Shown in pieces: positions 1-9,579 of a stretch of 64,000 nt of DNA. The position numbers were made by a program, and so were the translations under genes. Positions within the stretch are counted from its first letter, which is position 1. Every line of letters starts with the position of its first letter. The notes under the pieces were generated by a model, which was not told where the DNA came from, searched no databases, and was given only the letters and a program-made list of their open reading frames with translations. This stretch comes from an uncultured delta proteobacterium (GTDB lineage Bacteria; Desulfobacterota; Desulfobacteria; Desulfobacterales; JAFDCJ01): assembly GCA_963769935.1 (NCBI GenBank), contig CAVYNY010000009.1, positions 256,001 through 320,000 on the forward strand. The letters run 5' to 3'.

Positions 1-300
1 ACAATTGGGATATTTAACCGCGCTTCTGCGACGATTCGGATTCACCGAAGTCTTTCCTTTGGAGACTTTACCCTTATGTTGCAGATTCAGGGTGTATTAA
101 CAGCATCACTATTGCACACTTTATAGAAAATCGCCGTACCAAATTCAATAGAAAAAACTCTTTCCCGGAGTTTAAGAAGGTCTGGTGCTGAGAGGAAAAA
201 TGAAAAAATATACCATCCACTCAAGCGGCCGTTCGGGGGGTGACTTTTTGATTCATTCATACATAGAATATTTGAAGGTTTCAATTAAACGAAGAAATTA

Positions 301-384
301 AAATTCTTAAGAGATATCTCCAATTTCCATCCTGTCTATCCGAAAATTTTAAACCTCGGCTCTGCGGCCGTTAAAACAATCCCG
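301..384. repeat. 84-bp direct repeat, copy 1 (copy 2 at 1306-1389), flanking the vapBC module
   Basis: Ungapped manual alignment, about 70/84 identical; contains a TTTTAA...TTAAAA hairpin. Confidence 0.85.
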
Positions 385-517
385 GCATTTGATCTCTCAC
401 AAGACCTTAAACGGATCGCACGCCGGATGTCGCATTTTCCCGATCAGGTTAATTGACATGGCACAGTTTATGTGCTAATTTGAATTCATCAAATTTCAGC
501 AAACCGGAGGATTCAAC

Positions 518-748
518 ATGGCGAATCTAACACTCAAAATTGACGACAACCTACTGGAAAAAGCCCGCCTGCTCGCATCCCGCAGGAAAACGTCGCTCAA
601 TGCGATCGTCCGGCGGCAACTCGAGGAATTTGTCTCCAGCGACCTCAGCCGGCAGGCGGCTATCAAGGGCCTTGAAGCCTTTTACAGCCGTTGCGAGGCC
701 AAAGTAGGCAGCAAAACCTGGACCCGGGACCAAATCCATGAAAGATAA
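518..748 (+). CDS. vapB: VapB/CopG-like ribbon-helix-helix antitoxin
   Basis: MANLTLKIDDNLLEKAR...SLNAIVR RHH pattern; GGAGG RBS; overlaps the PIN gene. Confidence 0.8.
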   Translation: MANLTLKIDDNLLEKARLLASRRKTSLNAIVRRQLEEFVSSDLSRQAAIKGLEAFYSRCEAKVGSKTWTRDQIHER

Positions 749-1169
749 ATGTTTCCTGGACACCAACGTCTTCATTTACGCCATCGACACCTCACCTAAT
801 CTGAATGAGAAGAGACAAATTGCCAGGAATCTCATTAAAGAACACATCAAGAGGGAAACAGGTGTAATCAGTATCCAGGTGCTCCAGGAGTTTTACCAAA
901 TTTCGACTCACAAGATCCAGGTCCCCTTATCCAGTGAAGAAGCCCTCGAATATCTCCATTACATGGCCGTTTTAGATACGGTTCATCCCGAATTGGAAAT
1001 GATTGTTTCCGGCATTCGCCTCCATCAAAAATACCAGCTCTCTTTTTGGGATGCTCTTATCGTCCAGGCTGCTCTAACAGCCGGATGCTCCTTTCTGCTA
1101 TCCGAAGATCTCCAGCACGGCTTTGCGATAGACCATCTCACTGTGGAAAATCCATTTCTGCAGCGGTAG
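738..1169 (+). CDS. vapC: PIN-domain toxin
   Basis: FLDTNVFIY, QVLQEF, SFWDALI, LLSEDLQHG motifs. Confidence 0.9.
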   Translation: MKDKCFLDTNVFIYAIDTSPNLNEKRQIARNLIKEHIKRETGVISIQVLQEFYQISTHKIQVPLSSEEALEYLHYMAVLDTVHPELEMIVSGIRLHQKYQLSFWDALIVQAALTAGCSFLLSEDLQHGFAIDHLTVENPFLQR

Positions 1170-1305
1170 CGTGCACATTCGCTTTTTTAACCCCCGCCAT
1201 GCTGTAGCTTCTCAAGCCGGAATCCAGAGAATTCAAGCGCTTACTGAACATCTACACTCCATGAACATCTTCTGGAGGATGCCTTATCAGACGAAGTCTT
1301 TGATC

Positions 1306-1389
1306 AAATTTCTAAGCGATGTCTCCGATTTCCATCCTGTTTATCCGAAGCTTTTAACCTTCGGTCCTGCGACGGTTAAAACAATCCCG
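1306..1389. repeat. 84-bp direct repeat, copy 2
   Basis: Matches 301-384 at constant offset 1005. Confidence 0.85.
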
Positions 1390-1461
1390 CGGCCCCGCCT
1401 TTCATAACTCCGGCAATATCCTCTTGAATATCGTCAAAAAGCTCATCGTTTTTTCCTCCTT

Positions 1462-2073
1462 TTATTCGCTCTGGAACGCCGTCTTCCATCTCCTCTGCGG
1501 ATTATCGAAACGGATCTGTTTGGGATCAAACTGCTCCATATCAAAACTCCCGCCCGCCCAATCCAGTGTTTCCCGACGGTTTTCATGCCCCGACACCAGG
1601 ATCCTTTCCAGAAATTCCTGATATCCTTCCAGCCCCCCGCAATCTTCCGGCGGACAGGCCCTTTCTCCGTCAACACACAAGGGATAGCGGACTCCCTTTG
1701 CGCGCGAAACTATTCCCTCAAGTTCAAGATTGTGCTCCCAATTATCCCCTAAATCGTAAATATACCGGGCAGTAGTACCGGCGGCCGGAAAATAGTCCGC
1801 AACCTTCTTCTGCCAGCCGGGGTGAACCTCAGGATCTCCCTCGAATTCCTCGCCGGGGACCCCGATCACATCCGTTTCACCCGTGGCAGGGTTTTTGAGC
1901 CTGAATTCGTGAAGGTGGCTGTCACTCCAGCCCATTGAATCCTGAATGGCGACATGCAGGTCCCAAAAGGAGTATGTCTCCGGGACCTGAATCCGCCTCC
2001 AGATAGGCGGCTCGATGCCATCTAAAGCGATTTTAAATTGATACACCCGTTCGTACTTTCGTTTCATCTTCAT
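1462..2073 (-). CDS. Plasmid pRiA4b ORF-3 family protein
   Basis: YQFKIALDGIEPPIWRRIQVP, SHLHEF, YDLGDNWEH, ACPPEDCGG motifs; exact start uncertain. Confidence 0.85.
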   Translation of the reverse strand: MKMKRKYERVYQFKIALDGIEPPIWRRIQVPETYSFWDLHVAIQDSMGWSDSHLHEFRLKNPATGETDVIGVPGEEFEGDPEVHPGWQKKVADYFPAAGTTARYIYDLGDNWEHNLELEGIVSRAKGVRYPLCVDGERACPPEDCGGLEGYQEFLERILVSGHENRRETLDWAGGSFDMEQFDPKQIRFDNPQRRWKTAFQSE

Positions 2074-2329
2074 ACAGCCGTGAGGGTCCAAAGGATAAAG
2101 ATGCAGTTTCCTTTTGCTATGCTCTATCCAAGCGCGAATTAAAATATCGATGCCAACGCATCTTTTATTGAAAACGGTATCTGAAAATTATGTTTCATGC
2201 AAGCACTCCTTTACCAAGCCGGGTATCTCGATGAAAGGAAATATGATGTCTCAAGATTCGGGCATGTTCGTTGACCATGTCTGATTTATCTAAAGATGCT
2301 CATAAAAATCATGGCGGTGTCGTGTACAC

Positions 2330-2359
2330 TGTTGACATATTATACAGGGTGTCTACAAT
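2330..2359 (+). promoter_or_regulatory. Sigma70 promoter with overlapping palindromic operator for the phd remnant
   Basis: TTGACA-N16-TACAAT; imperfect inverted repeat TGTTGACA/TGTCTACA. Confidence 0.65.
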
Positions 2360-2395
2360 AACTACATCACCCAAAAAGCTGATGGAGTTAATCAA

Positions 2396-2470
2396 ATGGC
2401 GCAACATGTCGGCGCAAGAGAAGCCAGGAGTAGATTTTCAGAGCTTATCGGAAGCGTCCGCTTCGGTGAG
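2396..2470 (+). pseudogene. 5' fragment of a Phd/YefM antitoxin
   Basis: GGAG RBS, then MAQHVGAREARSRFSELIGSVRFGE (Phd-type N-terminus); frame then runs into antisense cas1; absent from the ORF track. Confidence 0.7.
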
Positions 2471-2581
2471 ATACAAAACTCTGCCATCTTTTTGCATGAC
2501 ACGGCAGTGTTCCAAGTAGTACATATTGGCTCGTTTGGAATGCAGGATTGTTTTTAAGTCCGACGGTGACAGGTCATCCAT
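2438..2581 (-). pseudogene. cas1f: 5' fragment of type I-F CRISPR-associated Cas1
   Basis: MDDLSPSDLKTILHSKRANMYYLEHCRVMQKDGRVLYLTEA is the I-F Cas1 N-terminus; similarity ends after about 41 aa. Confidence 0.9.
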
Positions 2582-3839
2582 CCGTTCTATCCCTCTCCAG
2601 TTATCATGTCCATAGCCGGAAGCCGGTCTGACTATCAGATTCTTCTGTTTCATTGGTAACTGGGGGCCGATCAAAGTAGATCGCCGCCAACTGTGGCATT
2701 AGCTTATGCAAAAAGATACATTTAAGGGGAAAAGACAGTTTGGTGCATGTTCGGTGGTTGTCTTTTTCTTAAATCGCACTTTTGGGTACCAACATCATTT
2801 TGGGCTCAATAGCCTGGATTTTTTTAGCATACATCCTTAACTATCAGGCATTCATCGTTGCCCGACCCGAGTTCCAATCTGTCGGCCTTGCCCAGTACTT
2901 GAAATAATCAGTCTTGGGATCGTTCACTTTTTGTCACCCTTGACCATCAGATTAGCTACCGGGATAAAATCATCCTGTTTGGAAACAGCAAAATACCAAC
3001 TTCCGTTGCATATTCATTGCAGACTGAATTAGAAATATGAATGTCATCCTTTGAAGCTCCGTACCACTGACAACCAACAACGGATGCTTTAATCGAGCAC
3101 TCCGACTCGATTGAGGATATACCACACACCTTTGACAGATCCGGTCACACCGAACGCAAGTTTTTGAAATTTTTATTTTTGGAGGCCAATATGAAACGAA
3201 CAACAAACCAAATTTATAGGTTAATGCCCTCTCCCCGGAGGTCAAAAACCGAAAAGGCTCGTTGTGTTTTTAATGAGATGAGACGCAGCAGGCTGCGTTT
3301 AATTCAGAATGGATCAATTAGCTTGGCTTAACGGAAAAAACAGCGGCTGTCAAGTTTGATGAACTCCCAAAAAGTCACGATACCGCCTGGATGCCAGCCT
3401 TCGCGGGCAGGACTTAAATTTTAACTATCCGATATTGTAAATCTAATTGTCATTTTCACGGAGATGGGGATCAAAATAAATAAGTCACTGTGATACACAT
3501 GGATTGACGCAGATTCTTGTGAACTTAAACTGAAAATTATTTTTCCTCCTGCCGGATTGTTTGAATAGTGCGGATAGATCGAAGGGTTTTGTCCTTTCAA
3601 TTCGAAACCATGCAATTCGAAGATCAGATTTGAATTTTGCCCGCAGGGCTTGAGTCTTATTATTTGCCGTCCTCTCAACGGCAAATAATAAATAATCGCT
3701 CTCTGCGCCCTTTGCGCCTCTGCGGTGAAAAAATATTACTGCTAATATGTTATCGTAATTAAGAGTACTATGGGTTTGACAAAGACGCATAAAAGTGGTT
3801 AATGTAATACATCAAAATATGCGCGTTGGAGGGCTCATA

Positions 3840-4088
3840 ATGGACACCGAAACTGTTAGACTAAACATTACTTTACCGAAGGGATTAGTCGAGGCAATGA
3901 ACCGGGTGACGGGACCCAGAAAACGCAGCAAGTTCATTGCAGAAGCTGTCAGGCAAAAGATTGTGCAAAAAGAAATGGAAGAGATAGAAAAGCTTTTGGT
4001 AGAAGGTTACCGGGTCGCTGCTAAGGAGGGACTCTCAATAACAAAAGAATTCGAGGGTGCAGATCTGGAGGGTTGGGATGATTATTAA
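3840..4088 (+). CDS. RHH/CopG antitoxin of a MazF-type module (copy 1)
   Basis: VRLNITLPK...RSKFIAEAV, EGY, DLEGWDDY; overlaps the toxin start. Confidence 0.85.
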   Translation: MDTETVRLNITLPKGLVEAMNRVTGPRKRSKFIAEAVRQKIVQKEMEEIEKLLVEGYRVAAKEGLSITKEFEGADLEGWDDY

Positions 4089-4419
4089 AAGAGGCTTTAT
4101 ATGCCTGGCGGCCCTGGATCCGGTCATCGGGAATGAAATTGCAAAAACACGACCTGTTGCTGTTATTTCTAATGATAAAAATAATGAATTTGCCGGAACT
4201 GTAACTGTTTTGCCGATAACTTCCAAAAATCTGCGTAAGATATACCCGTTTGAGGTGTATTTAGCGAAAGGGACCGCAAACCTACCCAAAAATTCCAAAG
4301 TAAAAGCTGACCAGATCCGAACTTTGGATAAAAGCAGACTGGTTAGAGTGATCGGCGAATTGGGAATAACTGAAATTGAGGCAATCGAAAAAGCCCTGAG
4401 AATTCACCTCGAATTATAA
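4078..4419 (+). CDS. mazF: PemK/MazF endoribonuclease toxin
   Basis: KRG..LDPVIGNEIAKTRPVAVISND, VLPITS, DQIRTLDKSRL. Confidence 0.9.
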   Translation: MIIKRGFICLAALDPVIGNEIAKTRPVAVISNDKNNEFAGTVTVLPITSKNLRKIYPFEVYLAKGTANLPKNSKVKADQIRTLDKSRLVRVIGELGITEIEAIEKALRIHLEL

Positions 4420-4611
4420 TCTCATTAATCATGCAGAAAAGCTAATATTTTTAAACCCTTAAGAAAAATTTGACCTCAAGACTCCGTATAAAAATGCCGA
4501 TATAACTTATTAATAGATTCAGCCTTGAATAATTGTAAACAAAATGGGATAATTTTCGATGTCCTCCACCCAACTTAATCCAATAATGAAGCAGAGAGGC
4601 CGGCATTCAGA

Positions 4612-6888
4612 ATGCTGTCCGAACACTTAAAAAAATTACTGGCAATTATGCAGTCTCCTTCCGCCTCCAGCCCGGGAATCAACTATTGGCGTGAGCGGAT
4701 CCTTTTCGGACTTTTCGGAACCGGTGTCGTCCTGGCGTTTTTCGAACTATTTGCTTTAGTGCCGCTGGCCGTCAATGGAAAGCATTGGGGATTGCTGATT
4801 GTCGATGTACTGATGTTCTTCGGAACGCTCAGCATGATCTTTATCCGCCCCCTCAACTACCAATTTAGAGCGGTTGCGGCCCTGATGATCACATATGTTC
4901 TGGGAGTTCTCATCACCGCAAAGTTCGGCTTCGTCAGCGGCGGTCCCGCCTGGTTGTTTTCCTTTGCCGTCATCGCCGGGCTGCTTCTCGGATTACGAGC
5001 CGCCATACTCGCCCTGGCCTTAAATGCGTCCACGATGATTGCCGCCGTCCTGATCGTCCACGGTTTAAATGGGGATCTGCTTTCACCATTTACCTCAGGG
5101 CTGCGGGCCTGGGCTGCCTTCGGCAGCTTTATCCTGTTGGATGGCGCTACAGCCGTATCGGCGGCATACCTGGTGACCGGTCTCGAGGCGAGCGCCACGG
5201 AAAACCAGAGAACGGCCTCTGAATTAAAACGGGAACACACGAAACTTTCAGAGGCCCAAAAAAAACTGCAAAAAGAAATTAGCGAACGTATTCGATTCGA
5301 GGAAGACCTCAAAAAAAGCGAGCAAAAGTACCGTTTACTCGCCGAAAAAATTAACGACGTGATCTGGACGACGGATCTGGAGTTAAATTTCCAATATATC
5401 AGCCCCGCCATCAAAAAACTCCAGGGGTGGAATGTCGAGGAGGCGATGAAGCTCGGGATCGATGATCTGTTGCCGCCCGAATCCAGAGAGGCGGCGTTCA
5501 ACGCCGTAGTGGAACAACTGGCACTTGGGGAACAAACCGGTGATTTCAACCGGGGTGTAACCCTGGAGGTGGAATTAAACTGCAAAGACGGCGCGCTCAT
5601 CTGGGCGGAAACCACTGCCTCTTTCATGCTCGATGACGCCGGCCGGCCCTTTGGTGTTTTGGGCGTTAACCGCGATATTACGGAACGAAAAAAAGCCATT
5701 CTCGAAAAAGAACAGCTGCAGCTGCAGCTCGAACGATCCAAGAAAATGGAAGCACTCGGCACGCTGGCCGGCGGGGTGGCCCATGATCTCAACAATGTGC
5801 TGTCCGGAATTGTCGGATATCCGGATCTCTTATTGATGAGCCTGCCCGAAGACAGCCAACTCAGAAAACCGATAGAGATAATGCAGGAGTCGGGGAAAAA
5901 AGCGGCCGCTATTGTCGAGGATTTATTGACGCTGACACGGCGGGGTGTCATTTCTGCGGAGACAGTTAATTTAAACGACATCATCCGGGAGTATTTGACG
6001 AGTCCCGAATTTGAAAAACTAAAATCATTTCATCCGACAATGGATGTCGAACCGCAGCTTGAATCCGGGCTTTCGAACATCAGCGGTTCCGCGCTTCATT
6101 TAACCAAAGCGCTTATGAACCTCGTTTCCAACGCTGCCGAAGCAATGCCGTCCGGTGGAAATATTATCATCAGGACCGAAAATGCCAGGCTGGATCACCC
6201 CATCTCCGGTTATGATCATATTCGAAAAGGCAATTATGCCATTTTAATTGTATCGGACACAGGTATCGGCATCGCTGCAAGTGAGATCAACCGCATATTC
6301 GAGCCGTTTTATACCAAAAAGAAAATGGGTCGAAGCGGCACAGGTTTGGGAATGGCCGTTGTCTGGGGCACTGTTCAAGACCATAAAGGCTACATCCAGG
6401 TCGACAGCACCGAGGGCAAGGGGAGCGTTTTTACGCTCTACTTTCCGATCAGCCGCAAGAGCAAAAAGAGAGAAGAACCGTCGTTTTGCATGGAAGACTA
6501 TGCCGGCTGCGGCCAGTCCATTCTTTTGGTCGACGACGTCATAGAACAAAGAGATATCGGCTCCGAAATGTTAACCCAGCTTGGCTATCAGGTCACAGCA
6601 GTCGGCAGCGGGGAGGAAGCGCTTGAGTATCTGAAATTAAAAACTGTGGATCTGCTGATATTGGATATGATCATGCACCCCGGCATGGACGGACTGGATA
6701 CCTACAAACAGATAAAAGCAATCTCTCCCGGGCAGAAGGCTATCATTTCCAGCGGGTATTCGGAAACCACCAGGGTAAAAGAGGCGCAGAATTTAGGAGT
6801 AGGACAATATATCAAAAAGCCTTATACCCTGGAACAAATCGGCCTGGCGGTAAAGGAGGAACTCGCCGGAATCGGCAGCGCCGGGTAA
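4612..6888 (+). CDS. Membrane hybrid sensor kinase (TM-PAS-HisKA-HATPase-REC)
   Basis: N-terminal TM helices, AGGVAHDLNN H-box, GTGLG, LLILDMIM receiver domain. Confidence 0.92.
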   Translation: MLSEHLKKLLAIMQSPSASSPGINYWRERILFGLFGTGVVLAFFELFALVPLAVNGKHWGLLIVDVLMFFGTLSMIFIRPLNYQFRAVAALMITYVLGVLITAKFGFVSGGPAWLFSFAVIAGLLLGLRAAILALALNASTMIAAVLIVHGLNGDLLSPFTSGLRAWAAFGSFILLDGATAVSAAYLVTGLEASATENQRTASELKREHTKLSEAQKKLQKEISERIRFEEDLKKSEQKYRLLAEKINDVIWTTDLELNFQYISPAIKKLQGWNVEEAMKLGIDDLLPPESREAAFNAVVEQLALGEQTGDFNRGVTLEVELNCKDGALIWAETTASFMLDDAGRPFGVLGVNRDITERKKAILEKEQLQLQLERSKKMEALGTLAGGVAHDLNNVLSGIVGYPDLLLMSLPEDSQLRKPIEIMQESGKKAAAIVEDLLTLTRRGVISAETVNLNDIIREYLTSPEFEKLKSFHPTMDVEPQLESGLSNISGSALHLTKALMNLVSNAAEAMPSGGNIIIRTENARLDHPISGYDHIRKGNYAILIVSDTGIGIAASEINRIFEPFYTKKKMGRSGTGLGMAVVWGTVQDHKGYIQVDSTEGKGSVFTLYFPISRKSKKREEPSFCMEDYAGCGQSILLVDDVIEQRDIGSEMLTQLGYQVTAVGSGEEALEYLKLKTVDLLILDMIMHPGMDGLDTYKQIKAISPGQKAIISSGYSETTRVKEAQNLGVGQYIKKPYTLEQIGLAVKEELAGIGSAG

Positions 6889-6941
6889 CGAATCACAGCA
6901 ACATTTCCCCCAAATATATTCCAACACCCCCGGCAAAAGAA

Positions 6942-6966
6942 ATCGCGGCTGAAAGCCGCTCCCACA
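6942..6966 (-). repeat. REP-like palindrome (other copies 42381-42405 and 48826-48850)
   Basis: Three near-identical copies of TGTGGGAGCGG-N6-7-CCGCGAT. Confidence 0.8.
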
Positions 6967-7096
6967 GCCCCTATATAGTCGGCGTATGTGAACAAACCTG
7001 GATGCTTTTAATTTTAATTAATTCCGGAGTGTTTGACAAAAGCGCATAAAAGTGTTTAATTTAATACATCAAACTATGCGCATTGGAGGGCCTATA

Positions 7097-7345
7097 ATGG
7101 ACTCAGAAACCGTAAGACTCAATATTACGCTGCCGAAAGAATTGGTCGAGGCTATAAACCGGATGACGGAACATAGAAAACGCAGCCTGTTCATTGCGGA
7201 AGCCGTCAGGCAGAAGATTGTACAAAAAGAAAAAGAAGAGATGGAAAAGCTTTTGGCAGAGGGTTACCAGGCCAATGATAGAGAAAGCCTCACTTTGACA
7301 AGAGAATTCGAGAGTGCTGATTTGGAGGGCTGGGATGATTATTAA
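7097..7345 (+). CDS. RHH antitoxin (copy 2, paralog of 3840-4088)
   Basis: Same length (82 aa), highly similar; upstream promoter region also duplicated. Confidence 0.85.
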   Translation: MDSETVRLNITLPKELVEAINRMTEHRKRSLFIAEAVRQKIVQKEKEEMEKLLAEGYQANDRESLTLTREFESADLEGWDDY

Positions 7346-7460
7346 AAGAGGCTTTATATATCTTGCGGCTCTGGGCCCAGTCATCGGAAATGAAATTGCA
7401 AAAACACGACCGGTTGCTGTAATTTCTAATGATAAAAGTAATGAATTTTCGGAACTGTAA
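7335..7460 (+). pseudogene. mazF: Truncated mazF copy (41 codons)
   Basis: Near-identical to 4078-4204; a 1-nt deletion creates TAA and homology ends at the lctP ATG. Confidence 0.9.
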
Positions 7461-9008
7461 ATGACGGACTGGTTTATCATAAAATGGCTTTTTGCGTTTT
7501 CGCCTATTGCAGTGGTGCTGGTGCTGATGATCTTCTTCAACTGGAGCGGCAGCCGGGCCGGCGCCGCCGCCTGGCTGACGGCCCTGGTCGCAGCCGTTGC
7601 TTTTTTCGGCGCCCATCCCGCGTTGCTGGCCTATTCACAGATGAAAGGCGTATTGCTGTCTTTAAATGTGCTTTATATCATCTGGACGGCGCTTCTGCTT
7701 TATAACGTGGTCAAGGAAACCGGCGCCATCGAGGCCATCGGCATCGGCATTCAGCGTTTCAGCGGCGACAAATCCATCCAGCTGCTGATCTTCGGCTGGA
7801 TCTTCAGCTCCTTCCTGCAGGGCGTGGCCGGGTACGGCGTTCCGATTGCCGTGGTAGCGCCCTTATTGATCGGCCTCGGTTTTTCACCGGTGGTGGCGGT
7901 GGCCGTGCCGGCTATCGGCCACAGCTGGTCCGTCACTTTCGGCTCCATGGGGGCCTCCTTTCAGGCCATGATGGCCGTTACCGGCCTCAGCTCGGAATTT
8001 CTCGGCCCCTGGGCCGCCATCCTGCTGGGGGCCGCGGCTTATCTTTGCGGCATCTGTGCCATCCATGTTTTCGGCGGCTGGAAAATGTTAAAGCACAGCG
8101 CCGTTGCGCTGCTGGTAATCGGCACGGCCATGGCCGGCGCCCAGTATTTTCTGGTGGTTGCGGGAATGTGGACCCTGGGCGGACTCGGCGCCAGTCTGGT
8201 GGGATTGATTGCCTGCCTGGCCGTGGCACGCCTGAAAATTTACAACCGGAGCCAACCCTCCGACGCAAAAAACGAAATGGGCCTGGGCTGGGCGCTTTCA
8301 GCCTATTTGATTTTAATTGTCATCGTGTTTATGGGCGTTATGTTCGCGCCTTTGCGGCAGTTTCTGGGACAGGTAAAACTGTCGCTGGCCTTTCCGGAAA
8401 TAACTTCCCGTACCGGTTGGGTCGTGCCGGCCGGACACGGCAAAGCAATCAACATTTTCGGCCACGGCGGTGCACTTCTGGGGTACGCGTCGATCATCAG
8501 TTATCTGGTGTATGCCGCCCGGGGCTACTACAGCAAAGGCGCGCTGCGGCGGATCATTTCCAACTCCATAAAAAGCGGGGTACCCACCAGCCTGGGAATC
8601 GTCAGCATGGTCTGTTTTGCCATGATAATGGATCACTGCGGCATGATCTATCTTCTGGCCGAAGGCATCAGCCGTGTTTTCGGCAGCCTCTACCCTTTTT
8701 TTTCCACCTGGATCGGCCTGCTGGGCGCCTTCATGACCGGCAGCAATACCAACTCCAATGTGGTTTTCGGCGTCCTGCAGAAACAGACCGCCGAGCTGGC
8801 CGGGTTGAGCACCGCCCTTATTCTGGCGGCCCAGACAACCGGCGGCGCCCTGGGCAGCATGATTGCTCCGGCCAAGATCCTGGTCGGCTGCTCCACCGTG
8901 GGCTTAGCGGGCAAGGAAGGGCCGGTTCTGCAGGCCACGATTCGCTATGGCCTGCTGATCACAGCCCTGATCGGACTTATTACGATGCTGGCAGCGGTAT
9001 TTATATAA
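7461..9008 (+). CDS. lctP: L-lactate permease family transporter
   Basis: FSSFLQGVAGYGVPIAV, GAFMTGSNTNSNVVFG, GGALGSMIAP; multi-pass membrane protein. Confidence 0.85.
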   Translation: MTDWFIIKWLFAFSPIAVVLVLMIFFNWSGSRAGAAAWLTALVAAVAFFGAHPALLAYSQMKGVLLSLNVLYIIWTALLLYNVVKETGAIEAIGIGIQRFSGDKSIQLLIFGWIFSSFLQGVAGYGVPIAVVAPLLIGLGFSPVVAVAVPAIGHSWSVTFGSMGASFQAMMAVTGLSSEFLGPWAAILLGAAAYLCGICAIHVFGGWKMLKHSAVALLVIGTAMAGAQYFLVVAGMWTLGGLGASLVGLIACLAVARLKIYNRSQPSDAKNEMGLGWALSAYLILIVIVFMGVMFAPLRQFLGQVKLSLAFPEITSRTGWVVPAGHGKAINIFGHGGALLGYASIISYLVYAARGYYSKGALRRIISNSIKSGVPTSLGIVSMVCFAMIMDHCGMIYLLAEGISRVFGSLYPFFSTWIGLLGAFMTGSNTNSNVVFGVLQKQTAELAGLSTALILAAQTTGGALGSMIAPAKILVGCSTVGLAGKEGPVLQATIRYGLLITALIGLITMLAAVFI

Positions 9009-9189
9009 AGGGTTGAGGGTTGAGGTTATAATGGGTATTAGTTATTCGTTTAAGGCAAAAGGCTAAAGGAAAAAGGTGAAAGGACAAATGCTAAAGGATG
9101 GAAGGTTCATATGAGGGTTGATCGTAAAACTCTGACCCATTGAACCTTTGAACCCTGAACGCTGAGCCCTTAACCTTAGAGAGCTGACA

Positions 9190-9360
9190 ATGTTCAATTT
9201 TTTAAAAAAGCATGTACCCAATCGGCCGAACGTTCTTCTAATTCTGATGCTGGTCGTCCCCTTTGTGCTCTATTATTTTGCCCGCAGCGGTTCAACGGGC
9301 GGTGTTATCTTTTTTCTCGCGATGATGGTGGGGATTATGCTGGTCGCAATGAAATCATGA
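9190..9360 (+). CDS. Small two-TM membrane protein (56 aa), below the ORF-track cutoff
   Basis: MFNFLKKHVPNRPNVLLILMLVVPFVLYYFARSGSTGGVIFFLAMMVGIMLVAMKS; AGAG upstream. Confidence 0.6.
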   Translation: MFNFLKKHVPNRPNVLLILMLVVPFVLYYFARSGSTGGVIFFLAMMVGIMLVAMKS

Positions 9361-9579
9361 CGGAATAGAGTACCGAACAAGCCGGTTGGAGCGAAGCGTC
9401 AATCCCGATTTAGCGGGAAATCAAAAAGGACAAATTAATCAAAATTAAAACTAATCAAGTTTGGATCATTGAATATTGGAATTTGAGATTTATTTGATAT
9501 TTGGTGCTTGAAATTTGAGTTTTTTTATTCGACGAATCAACTACAACTATGTATCCTGTCCGACCTCTTTAACTTACTT

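Noticed and set aside
301..1389. Integron attC sites
   Set aside because: The TAAC...GTTA hairpin is about 30 nt, too short for attC, and no integrase is in the window
2330..2357. Tn7/CAST transposon end (TGTTGA...) beside the I-F remnant
   Set aside because: No repeated TnsB sites or tns genes; better explained as the phd promoter/operator
2100..3450. CRISPR array near the cas1 fragment
   Set aside because: No regularly spaced 28-37-bp repeats and no I-F/I-E repeat consensus seen here or elsewhere in the window
3421..3790. ORFs 3421-3684 and 3485-3790
   Set aside because: Largely made of repeat-derived sequence (CACCGCAGAGGCGCAAAGGGCGCAGAG, AATCTGCGTCAATCC); no protein family evident
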